This document shows positions 50,901 through 59,001 of a stretch of 64,000 nucleotides of DNA, one piece after another. The stretch spans positions 2,821 to 66,820 of the forward strand of contig VMGE01000005.1 in assembly GCA_007376395.1 (NCBI GenBank). The letters are read 5' to 3'. The stretch's first letter is position 1; each line of letters opens with the position of its first letter. The notes beneath the pieces were generated by a model. That model was not told the DNA's origin and did no database searches. It worked only from the letters and a program-made list of their open reading frames with translations. The position numbers and the translations under genes were made by a program. Source of the stretch: Microgenomates group bacterium Gr01-1014_5. GTDB lineage: Bacteria > Patescibacteriota > Microgenomatia > UBA8517 > UBA10165.

Positions 50901-51232
50901 ACAATAATTCCTGCGGTTGTATCAATAATAACATCCCGCAAGTTTGGCTCTCTGCCCGGGGTAAACGATTGGTGGTATTCATCGCTTACTGCATACATAA
51001 AAATAAAGATTAAAGACACCCATCCCGCTTTTTTTCCAGACCAGCTACTTGTATTAAGTAGAGCTCGGTAAGTCAAAACAAAAAGTAGTGAGTACTCGAA
51101 CAAGTGTGCAGTTTTTTTAACGATAAAATCCTGCCAATAAATTTCTGAGGCAGGACTAACAGGTAAACTTGAGAATGAAAATATAACCCCGGCCCAAACA
51201 AGGACAGGAATCCAAAAACGTGCTTTTGCCAT
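50822..51232 (-). CDS. VanZ-like family membrane protein
   Basis: AHLFEYSLL...SDEYHQSFTPGREPNLRDV motif; 4 TM; 79-nt 3' overlap with tsaE. Confidence 0.55.
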   Translation of the reverse strand: MAKARFWIPVLVWAGVIFSFSSLPVSPASEIYWQDFIVKKTAHLFEYSLLFVLTYRALLNTSSWSGKKAGWVSLIFIFMYAVSDEYHQSFTPGREPNLRDVIIDTTAGIIVWTLITKYLPRAPKRLKKLAAILQIV

Positions 51233-52152
51233 TAAGAACCAATTCTATCAGAACCGCGGCCTGCAAAAAAGGAATATCCGGCAAGCCCCAACAACCCCAC
51301 ACCTAAAACCGATAAAACAGTGCCGACTAAATTTACTCCCACTAAACTACTCCAAAAAGACTTTGCTTCTTTCACCGGCTCGGGAATAGGAGACGGAGAG
51401 GAAACAGTGGTTGCCGCCAAAACAATTTCTTCCGGACTAGGACTTGGGCGAGGAGAGAGTTTGGGAGACGGCTTGGGGCTAGGGTTTTTTATTACGATTA
51501 TAGAAGGAGATGGCGTATATAAGGCGGGGCTGGGTGAAGATGATACTTTTGGGATTGGAGAAGACGAAGCTTTCGGACTCGTGCTGGATGATAGACTAGA
51601 CGAAGGACTAGGGCTTGAACTAGGTGGACTTGGTGAGGGACTAGGAGAGGGCGCAACACTAGAACTGTTATTGGTTAAATTCTTAGTAGGCGAAGAAAAA
51701 ACTACCCAGCTTGCAGACCCATCAGTCTGTCTACCCCCAGACTGTCCAGGTGAAGGGGCCGGCAAATCACCACCCCTATCACCATACCCCACCTCACTAA
51801 TTACAACAGTTTCATCTGAAACCAGAACCATTTTTATTAAATCACCTGTTTTGTTAAGTTTGTTTGACCAGGTAAAAGTCACAAACTCATTTACCGAAAC
51901 AGTGCCAGACAGAGTAAGGTTGTTTGTACTCCCATCTTTAAACTTATAAAGCGATAAATCTACAGAATCAGGACCGTTATTAAAGATTTCTACCCAATCT
52001 GGATCTGCTATCGTGCCAGCAGTATCTGATACAAACTCGTTTATATAAAGAGCTGCAAAAGTTTTTGAGGAACCGAAAAGAAGTAAGAATATAAACGCTA
52101 CAAAGCTAGCAAATAAGCAGAACTTGCTACTGCGTAGTAAAACTTTATACAC
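51232..52152 (-). CDS. lamin-tail-domain (LTD) surface protein with Pro/Ser-rich linker and C-terminal TM anchor
   Basis: signal peptide; YINEFVSDTAGTIADPDWVEIFNNG LTD signature; long SPSPSP low-complexity; C-terminal hydrophobic segment. Confidence 0.65.
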   Translation of the reverse strand: MYKVLLRSSKFCLFASFVAFIFLLLFGSSKTFAALYINEFVSDTAGTIADPDWVEIFNNGPDSVDLSLYKFKDGSTNNLTLSGTVSVNEFVTFTWSNKLNKTGDLIKMVLVSDETVVISEVGYGDRGGDLPAPSPGQSGGRQTDGSASWVVFSSPTKNLTNNSSSVAPSPSPSPSPPSSSPSPSSSLSSSTSPKASSSPIPKVSSSPSPALYTPSPSIIVIKNPSPKPSPKLSPRPSPSPEEIVLAATTVSSPSPIPEPVKEAKSFWSSLVGVNLVGTVLSVLGVGLLGLAGYSFFAGRGSDRIGS

Positions 52153-52173
52153 GGCAGATTTAAATACAAATCA

Positions 52174-52761
52174 ATGGTATTCTTGCTTCTTGACAGTGTC
52201 AACAGTCAATTATACACTCCTATGTATGAGTGTATAATTGTGGGGAAATTTAACTACTTCGCTTACCAAAATAAGAGGCTTGAGAAACTTTCACCTAACG
52301 AAAAAGAGAGTTTGGTGTTTGATCTCATTAACGCGTTTGCAAAGATAAATAATCCAGCCGATTCTGCCTTATTCCTTCAAGACTTGCTTACGGAAAATGA
52401 AATCCAAAACCTTGCAAAGAGATTAAGAATTGCAAAACTTATCTTAGAGGGTCTAACTCACGAAGAAATAGTACAACAACTCCACTGTAGTTATGCCACG
52501 ATTACAAAAGTGCGAACGTGGTTAGATTCTGCGGGGGAGGGGTTTAAAAGGGTTATACAAAAATTACCCAAAAGAAAACAAAAACCAAGTATTAAGAAAA
52601 CGCCGGGTTTTGGATATGGTTTGCCCCAAATCATTCAATATTATTTAGCAACGAATTTGGAAACTAGAGAGAAAAAATTGCTTAGTGGGTTCTTAGAAGA
52701 ACTTCGCGTAAAAACAGCAAATGATAAAGATTTAAGAGAATCAAGTAACTTTAAAAAGTGA
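52174..52761 (+). CDS. TrpR-like YerC/YecD-family HTH regulator with C-terminal basic extension (true start possibly ATG at 52222, leaderless)
   Basis: LTENEIQNLAKRLRIAKLILEGLTHEEIVQQLHCSYATITKV matches YerC/YecD TrpR-like domain. Confidence 0.6.
   Translation: MVFLLLDSVNSQLYTPMYECIIVGKFNYFAYQNKRLEKLSPNEKESLVFDLINAFAKINNPADSALFLQDLLTENEIQNLAKRLRIAKLILEGLTHEEIVQQLHCSYATITKVRTWLDSAGEGFKRVIQKLPKRKQKPSIKKTPGFGYGLPQIIQYYLATNLETREKKLLSGFLEELRVKTANDKDLRESSNFKK
52190..52218 (+). promoter_or_regulatory. putative sigma70-type promoter (-35 TTGACA inside palindrome ttgacagtgtcaa; -10 tataca/tacact) abutting palindromic operator
   Basis: TTGACA at 52190..52195, 15-17 nt spacer, TATACA 52211..52216. Confidence 0.35.
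52208..52239. promoter_or_regulatory. 32-bp perfect palindrome (12-bp arms, 8-nt centre), copy 1, 5' of the TrpR-like gene
   Basis: aattatacactc ctatgtat gagtgtataatt. Confidence 0.8.
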
Positions 52762-52791
52762 ATTATACACTCCTATGTATGAGTGTATAAT
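52761..52791. promoter_or_regulatory. 31-bp palindrome copy 2 (identical to copy 1) immediately after the TrpR-like stop, followed by T-run; operator and/or bidirectional terminator
   Basis: aattatacactcctatgtatgagtgtataat then cttgatttt. Confidence 0.75.
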
Positions 52792-52806
52792 CTTGATTTT
52801 GGATAC

Positions 52807-53991
52807 CTACTGCAAGTGCCAGTAAGCTGTCCAGAAATCATCTTTGTGGCGAACTAAAGCATATTTTCCACCTGCCGAGTCGACGCCATAATAAACCATC
52901 CCCGCGTCTACTGAATATATTGCTGCTCCGTGGCCAGCAACCATATCTATTCCCGAGTGGAAAGCATATCCTGCCGCTCCGGACTGAGCAAAGGAAGTAT
53001 TCCCGTATTCCTGAGATATATAGTTGTAATCTAAAGGTTTACGGTATTGTCCATCGTCTAAATATGGCCTGGGATTGGTATGGCAACTTAAACCCGACTT
53101 TGTTATATCACAAGGTAAAACCATATAGTGTAAATGTGAACCGCAATTAGGACAGGATCCAGACGGGCGCGGGTAAACATTTCCCGTGTTTCCTTGCTGG
53201 CCAATAATCTGGCCCTTTGTTACCGCTGTCCCTGTAGCAATGCCAGCCACAATCCGAGCCACGAGAGAGCTGATTGCGCGCTCGATAGCCGCCTCGTCTG
53301 CGCGCAAAGAAGATAGCATCTCTTGGTATTTTTTTTCATCACTCTGAGTAATCTTCAGTAGGTTTTGCTTTTGTGCTTTCTGGCCGGCGAGGGTTTGCTT
53401 TTGTCCCTCTAGTTTATCGTGTAACTCCTCTACTTTTGTTCTTTCTACCTCGTAATCTGTTTGTGTCGTTTGCATTTGCAATAATAACTCACGGTCGTTT
53501 TGTTGGATTCTTTGTAAATAATTAAACCTGGAGATAAATTCCGAGACATTAGCCGAGGTCAGAAGCACTACCAACGAATCTCCGTATCTTTTTAATTTGT
53601 AAGTTTCTACTGCACGTTCTGCAAACACCTCAGACAACGTAGTCAGTTCTCCTTCGAGCCTATTAATTTGACCGGTTAAAGCGAATATTTCACTCTCTGT
53701 TTCTTGAATTTTTAATTCAGTTAACTTAATTTGATTATCCTGATAAATAATTTCATTAGTGAGAGTTACCTTCTTTTGTTTTGTTTCATCTAACAGTTTT
53801 CTAATTCTTTCCTGCTCTTTTCTATTATCGTCAAGTTTGTTTTGCAAATCGTTGGTTGATTGTCCCACTGCAAAATCTTGCACAACCCCATAATTATCTT
53901 CTTCATGCGCAGTGGCTAAAGGGTAAAATAAAAAAAAGAGTGCGAAGAAGAGCAAACCAATTTTTGCTTTTTGCAGAATTGCTAACATCAC
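52807..53991 (-). CDS. M23 family metallopeptidase with N-terminal coiled coil (EnvC-like, FtsEX-associated)
   Basis: long coiled-coil N-half; LytM motifs HSGIDMVAGHG and GSHLHYMV; directly downstream of ftsE-ftsX. Confidence 0.75.
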   Translation of the reverse strand: MMLAILQKAKIGLLFFALFFLFYPLATAHEEDNYGVVQDFAVGQSTNDLQNKLDDNRKEQERIRKLLDETKQKKVTLTNEIIYQDNQIKLTELKIQETESEIFALTGQINRLEGELTTLSEVFAERAVETYKLKRYGDSLVVLLTSANVSEFISRFNYLQRIQQNDRELLLQMQTTQTDYEVERTKVEELHDKLEGQKQTLAGQKAQKQNLLKITQSDEKKYQEMLSSLRADEAAIERAISSLVARIVAGIATGTAVTKGQIIGQQGNTGNVYPRPSGSCPNCGSHLHYMVLPCDITKSGLSCHTNPRPYLDDGQYRKPLDYNYISQEYGNTSFAQSGAAGYAFHSGIDMVAGHGAAIYSVDAGMVYYGVDSAGGKYALVRHKDDFWTAYWHLQ

Positions 53992-54902
53992 TAAATCTTT
54001 AAATATCTCCTTAAAGCAATAAAACTGCCGGTTGCCCCAAGCATTAAACTTAACAATAATTCGCTACCTAAAATCGCGCCCAACAGTATTGCTAAACCTT
54101 GAGTTGTCAAAGGTAATACCTCTATATCTGCAAAGAAACTAGCGATTGAAGGTGTGAGGTAAAGTATGCCCAAGGTTGCCGCAAGCCAGCCTGCGAATGC
54201 GCCAGAAAGTGCATAAAAGATCCCTTCAAAAATAAATGGAGCGCGTATAAACCCCGGGGTTGCCCCAATCAACTGCAATATCTCGATTTCTTCGCGCCTT
54301 GAGGAAATCCGCATACCTAAGATTACTAGTAATATAAGCAGTGACGAAGTAAGCAAAAATCCCAACAAGACTAGCCCTCCAATACGAATATAATTAGTAA
54401 TGTTGCGCAAGTTATTAACTACCTCGCCGATATTCTTAGTACTGCCCAAACTCGCTGTATAAGCCACCTGGTTAATAGTTTCCTTTTGTTCTACCTCGCG
54501 GATAACTTCTTCGGCAAAAGACAGGTCGGTAACTGAAAACTCAAGGCTAGCAGGAAATACTTTTGGACTTACAAGTTCTGAGAGTACGGGTTTGTCAGAG
54601 GTTGCTTTTCTATAAATTTCCAGCGCGTCTTCTTTGGAAACATAACGCACATTTCTTACTCTTGAATCAGTATCCAATTCTCTTTGTAAGACTGAAACTT
54701 GCTCACTCGTTGCTTCATTTTTCAAGAAAGCAATAATCTGCGGCTGGGTCTCAAAGTGACGTAAAGTCGAGTGCGAAGCATAAGCCAAAATTGCCAAAAT
54801 TGTGGCAACGAAAAAGGTCAGAGTCATAATCAAGACCGCGGCCAAAGCCTGATACGGCGCTCGCCTGATGTGTTTCTTCGCAGTTTTTATATATGACATC
54901 AT
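53991..54902 (-). CDS. ftsX: cell division permease-like protein FtsX
   Basis: N-terminal TM, large periplasmic loop, 3 C-terminal TM; follows ftsE with 4-nt overlap. Confidence 0.85.
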   Translation of the reverse strand: MMSYIKTAKKHIRRAPYQALAAVLIMTLTFFVATILAILAYASHSTLRHFETQPQIIAFLKNEATSEQVSVLQRELDTDSRVRNVRYVSKEDALEIYRKATSDKPVLSELVSPKVFPASLEFSVTDLSFAEEVIREVEQKETINQVAYTASLGSTKNIGEVVNNLRNITNYIRIGGLVLLGFLLTSSLLILLVILGMRISSRREEIEILQLIGATPGFIRAPFIFEGIFYALSGAFAGWLAATLGILYLTPSIASFFADIEVLPLTTQGLAILLGAILGSELLLSLMLGATGSFIALRRYLKI

Positions 54903-55576
54903 TCTGAGTACTTTGCTCCTTTTTTGTCTGAAATAATTTTACCTCCACGAAACAATATAACTCTTCTTTTTAAAGAATTAACAATGTTTTCGTTATGAGT
55001 CGCCATGATTACGGTTGTCCCGTCCTCTTTTGTTTGCCGGTCTAAAAGTTCAATAATCTGGCGGGCTGTTGCGGGATCTAAGTTTCCAGTCGGTTCGTCA
55101 GCAAGAATTAGTTTTGGGCGGGCGACAAGCGCCCGGGCGATGACTACTCTTTGTTGTTCACCTCCGGCAAGTTGTTTAGGAAAAAGGTTAGCTCGGTCTA
55201 AAAGTCCAACTTCGTCTAAGGCTTCCTTGATTCTTTTTCCGTCGTTTTCACCTTCACCGGCAACTTCCAGCGCCAAGGCAACGTTTTCCCAAACAGTTCT
55301 ACCGAAAAGCAATTTAAAATCCTGAAATACCACACCTACTTTCCTGCGGTAATAGGGCAAGTCACGAGGCTTAAGACCGCCTATATCTTTTCCTTCGATT
55401 AATATTTTGCCTTTATCGGGCGTAATATCCCTTAAAAGAAGGCGTACTAGCGTGGTTTTTCCGGCACCCGATGGGCCGGTAATGAAGACAAATTCACCAG
55501 CTTCTACTTCAAAAGAAACGTCTTCCAATGCAGAAATCGAACCGAACTTCTTGGTGACATCTTGAAATTTAACCAT
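54899..55576 (-). CDS. ftsE: cell division ABC ATPase FtsE
   Basis: GPSGAGKTT Walker A, LAGGEQQRVVIARAL signature, ILADEPTGNLD Walker B. Confidence 0.9.
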   Translation of the reverse strand: MVKFQDVTKKFGSISALEDVSFEVEAGEFVFITGPSGAGKTTLVRLLLRDITPDKGKILIEGKDIGGLKPRDLPYYRRKVGVVFQDFKLLFGRTVWENVALALEVAGEGENDGKRIKEALDEVGLLDRANLFPKQLAGGEQQRVVIARALVARPKLILADEPTGNLDPATARQIIELLDRQTKEDGTTVIMATHNENIVNSLKRRVILFRGGKIISDKKGAKYSE

Positions 55577-55593
55577 TTGGGCATTTTAGGGAA

Positions 55594-56076
55594 TTACTCA
55601 AGGATTTTAATTTTGCCTACATCCATCAGCCAGCCGGCTTTTTTGGCGCCAATGGTTTCTCCCCAAACCTCAACCTTTTTATCGATAAATTGGTCTAAAT
55701 CGACAACGGAAGAAGTCAGATAAACACTTTGGCTTGTTCCTCCGGGTCTTTCCAGGTGATGCGTTCCTTCGCTATCAATCCCGCCGGCTTTTAACGTACC
55801 TTCTGCGCGATCTCTGAAAGTTTTAACGTCATCCAACCCTGCTTCTTTTCCGCCTGATTCTCCACCCGGAGCAACTGCCAATTTTTCGCCTATTTGACCA
55901 TTAACAGGGATTGAAGTTTTACCTTGGGAGAAAAACCATCCGGTAGTAGTGCCGGCTAGGATAATAACGAGTACCAAGACTCCGGGGAGAAGTGTCGTCT
56001 TGATAAAATTACCACTTGCTCCGCTACTTTGCGGTTCAAGTCTTGCTTGAGGAATAAAATCCATTGTCTCTGGCAT
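55594..56076 (-). CDS. hypothetical membrane-anchored Gly-rich protein
   Basis: 160 aa, single TM after ~35 aa, no recognised motifs. Confidence 0.4.
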   Translation of the reverse strand: MPETMDFIPQARLEPQSSGASGNFIKTTLLPGVLVLVIILAGTTTGWFFSQGKTSIPVNGQIGEKLAVAPGGESGGKEAGLDDVKTFRDRAEGTLKAGGIDSEGTHHLERPGGTSQSVYLTSSVVDLDQFIDKKVEVWGETIGAKKAGWLMDVGKIKILE

Positions 56077-56085
56077 ATAAAATCA

Positions 56086-56910
56086 CTATACCATTTTTCT
56101 CCCCCACAACCAATAACCAGCCCCCCAAAAATGGGCAAATTTAGAGTCTGCCTGGTCAAAATTGTTCCATGCCGGCAGTACCTTTTTTAATAATTTAGCG
56201 TACAAAGCGTCTGCTGTTTGAGGTAGGGTTAGGCGCGGAAATGGCCGATTTCCTCGAACCTGTATTTGCTTTAACCCCACCAGCTGAAAAATCTTTTTAT
56301 AATCCGCCCAAGAAAGGGAATTTTCAAAATATAACGGCTGAAAATTGCGCTTTGCTTTTTCCCAACCCTTTTCCCAATTTCCGCGAAAAATCCAATAACC
56401 CAACGAAGCGACAAAATTAAACATGTTTCCAAAAGTTTGAACAGAGAAGCGCGAAGGCACAATATCGGCAAACACCAACCCGCCCTTTTTCGTAACCCTC
56501 ACCATTTCTGAAATCGCCTTTTTAGGATCAGCAAAATGCTCTAACAAACCAAAGCTGGTCACGACATCAAACTCATTATTTTTGAACGGCAGTTTTTCGG
56601 CATCACCCAAGACAAATTTTCCGCGAGTCTTCTCATTTTTAAAATTTTCTTCTGCAGTTTCGAGAATCTTCCGATTACTATCAAGGCAATATGCAACAAA
56701 ACCCCGCTTAGCAAAATAAAGGGAAACAAAAGCGGTTCCGCATCCAACTTCCAACATTTTGCCATATTTGGGAAAAATACTTCGCAAAAACCGAACTTTA
56801 ACTATTTCAAAAAGTTTTCCCTGGGTCTGAGCATCTTCAGAGTAAGACAAGTCACGGTTAGTAAAAACCTCTTCCCAGACTTCTTGAGAGCCTTGAAAAT
56901 GCTTATCCAT
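56086..56910 (-). CDS. class I SAM-dependent methyltransferase (start trimmed to ATG overlapping prfB stop: ATGGATAA)
   Basis: LEVGCGTAFVSLYFAKRG motif I, DVVTSFGLLEHF, KGGLVFADIV; ORF track gives 56086..56949. Confidence 0.7.
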   Translation of the reverse strand: MDKHFQGSQEVWEEVFTNRDLSYSEDAQTQGKLFEIVKVRFLRSIFPKYGKMLEVGCGTAFVSLYFAKRGFVAYCLDSNRKILETAEENFKNEKTRGKFVLGDAEKLPFKNNEFDVVTSFGLLEHFADPKKAISEMVRVTKKGGLVFADIVPSRFSVQTFGNMFNFVASLGYWIFRGNWEKGWEKAKRNFQPLYFENSLSWADYKKIFQLVGLKQIQVRGNRPFPRLTLPQTADALYAKLLKKVLPAWNNFDQADSKFAHFWGAGYWLWGRKMV

Positions 56911-57991
56911 GTAAATCTCCCGCCCGGAACTTAAGCTCTGCCTCGACAAAAGCCTCCAAATCCCCGTCTAAAACTGCATCTGTATTACCTGTCTCGACAT
57001 CGGTACGCAAATCCTTAACCATTTTATAGGGGTGTAAAACATACGATCTAATTTGTGTTCCCCATGCCGCAGGCCGATAATCGCCTTTTATTGATTTTGC
57101 GTGTGCCTCTTGTTCTGCTTCTCGGCGGATAAAAAGCTTTGCGCGCAACAAGGCTAGTGCGATTTTTCTGTTTTGCTCTTGAAAACGTTCTGTTTGGGCA
57201 GTCACTACAATTCCTGTGGGTAAATGAGTTAAACGAACCGCAGTTGAAACTTTGTTAACGTTTTGACCCCCATGGCCGCCTGCCCGGAAAAATTGGATTT
57301 CAACTTCTTCATCCTTTATTTCAATCTCGCCAGCTTCTTCCAATTGCGGCATTACTTCAACTAGTGCAAACGAAGTTTGGCGTAATTTATTGGCGTTAAA
57401 CGGAGACTGGCGAACTAACCTATGCGTTCCTGCCTCGCGCTTTAGATATCCATATGCGTATGCCCCGGAAACTGTCATTGTCGCAGACTTTATTCCAGCT
57501 TCTTCTCCTGCCTGTTGGTCAACTACCTCTGCTTCCCACCCGCGCCTTTCAAAAAAACGTAAATACATACGGAACAGCATTTGCGCCCAATCCATAGCCT
57601 CTGTTCCACCCTGTCCCGAGTGAATTGAAACAATCGCGTCGTTTTTGTCATATGACCCAGATAAGAAGGTTAAAACTTCGATCTTGTCGATCACTTTCTC
57701 CACTTGTTTTATGGTCTCTTTAACTTCACTTGCCAAATCAGCCTCAGTCACAACTGATAAAGCATCATTAATTTCTTTCTCTGTCTTGTCTACTGTCTCC
57801 ATTTCTTCCCGAATACTACCTGCTTGACGCATGACGTTTTGGGCATGTCTGGTATCATTCCAAAAGTCGGGTCTGGCAGACTCGATCTCAAGTTCTTGCA
57901 ATTTCAACTTTTTGGCTTCCAAATCCAAACCACGCACAACTTTGTCTAAACGTTCTTTTAATTCCAAAAGCTGGTCTTTAAGGCTTTCCAT
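56903..57991 (-). CDS. prfB: peptide chain release factor 2
   Basis: SPF tripeptide, GGQNVNK (GGQ) motif, SGQGGTEAMDWA; single frame, no +1 frameshift site. Confidence 0.9.
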   Translation of the reverse strand: MESLKDQLLELKERLDKVVRGLDLEAKKLKLQELEIESARPDFWNDTRHAQNVMRQAGSIREEMETVDKTEKEINDALSVVTEADLASEVKETIKQVEKVIDKIEVLTFLSGSYDKNDAIVSIHSGQGGTEAMDWAQMLFRMYLRFFERRGWEAEVVDQQAGEEAGIKSATMTVSGAYAYGYLKREAGTHRLVRQSPFNANKLRQTSFALVEVMPQLEEAGEIEIKDEEVEIQFFRAGGHGGQNVNKVSTAVRLTHLPTGIVVTAQTERFQEQNRKIALALLRAKLFIRREAEQEAHAKSIKGDYRPAAWGTQIRSYVLHPYKMVKDLRTDVETGNTDAVLDGDLEAFVEAELKFRAGDLHG

Positions 57992-58027
57992 ACGGATATT
58001 GTACCTGAGGGAAAGGGGAAAACGAAA

Positions 58028-58363
58028 TTAACGGGCAGAACCGCAAAGTTCTTCACAAACTGCGTTCTTTTGCGCCTCTGGTAAAGTGCTTACTGCTTCG
58101 ACTGACTCCTCTATACTGCGCTTGGTCTCAAAGAACGGAGCAAGCACCGGGCTTTTGGCAATTGAGGGTAAAATCTTGTCATAGAGCAGTTTGGAAACAA
58201 AATTAGCCTGGGCGTCTCTAACCCCTTCTGCGCTAAAAATCGGCGCATTTGGAGTGTTCTCTCCGAGAACGTCGGGGTTGTACGAACTCAAAACAAAGCG
58301 TATGCCCAAAAAGGCAACCGTGGCACCCAAAGCAAAGACTGCGGCAAATTTAATTATATGCAT
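58028..58363 (-). CDS. hypothetical small membrane-anchored protein
   Basis: 111 aa, N-terminal TM. Confidence 0.35.
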   Translation of the reverse strand: MHIIKFAAVFALGATVAFLGIRFVLSSYNPDVLGENTPNAPIFSAEGVRDAQANFVSKLLYDKILPSIAKSPVLAPFFETKRSIEESVEAVSTLPEAQKNAVCEELCGSAR

Positions 58364-58821
58364 TACTCAATTTTCCCTTCCGTCTCTGTCGTACAAATTT
58401 GTCCCCGTGCAAGTTCTGAATCAAGATTAGATAAAACCTGGTAATCCAATATAACACTTTGCGCAGTTGGCACTTGCCTCTCGGTTTGAACCCCCAAGAC
58501 TTGGGTAATATTTTTTTGGCCATTGTTTAATAGAGCCCGCAGATTATTAGGAACATAAAATCCTGAACCTGAATTTAATCCTTGCAGTAAATAAATAAAA
58601 CCGCCTTCGATAACGCCTACGGTCAAAATGCCCATTATAAAACCAGCCCAAAGACCATGGAGAGAAGTGCGGGTCAAGATCCTTCTACTTAAACCTAAAA
58701 GAATAAAGAGAAAGAAAACAAAAATTCCGGCGATTACAGCCTGAATTGTAGGAGAATTAAGCATCTCAGGAGAGAAGAGATTTTCGGTTGATAACGAGGG
58801 GGTATTAAAAGGCAGGTTCAT
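58363..58821 (-). CDS. hypothetical membrane protein
   Basis: 152 aa, 3 TM helices. Confidence 0.4.
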   Translation of the reverse strand: MNLPFNTPSLSTENLFSPEMLNSPTIQAVIAGIFVFFLFILLGLSRRILTRTSLHGLWAGFIMGILTVGVIEGGFIYLLQGLNSGSGFYVPNNLRALLNNGQKNITQVLGVQTERQVPTAQSVILDYQVLSNLDSELARGQICTTETEGKIE

Positions 58822-58828
58822 TACTTAG

Positions 58829-58857
58829 ATTGTAGCACTTGGGGCAAATAGGCACAA
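58829..58857 (-). promoter_or_regulatory. putative promoter for 58363..58821 (-35 TTGTGC, 17-nt spacer, -10 TACAAT, 7 nt before ATG)
   Basis: reverse strand ttgtgc ctatttgccccaagtgc tacaat ctaagta ATG. Confidence 0.35.
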
Positions 58858-59001
58858 TCGCGGCACATATACCTTCAAGACAAGTAAAATTAGTTAGTGG
58901 TCATACTCCAGCACTCTTTTAACTAGCTTATAGGTATTTCCGTGTTTTAAAAGTCCCAAAAAAGAGTTAAAATTTAAGAAGGAACTAAATGCTACAAGTT
59001 T

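Noticed and set aside
51400-51700. Apparent DNA-level repeats (cc/tc-rich) in the LTD gene
   Set aside because: The repeats reflect the Ser/Pro-rich protein linker and are irregular. They are not a discrete repeat element or a CRISPR-like array.
56903-57991. Programmed +1 frameshift in prfB (CTT TGA C) and possible UGA reassignment
   Set aside because: The N-terminal region reads RGLDLEAKK in a single frame with no internal TGA. RF2 is intact and TGA terminates several genes (for example the TrpR-like gene). The genome therefore uses the standard code and has no frameshift here.
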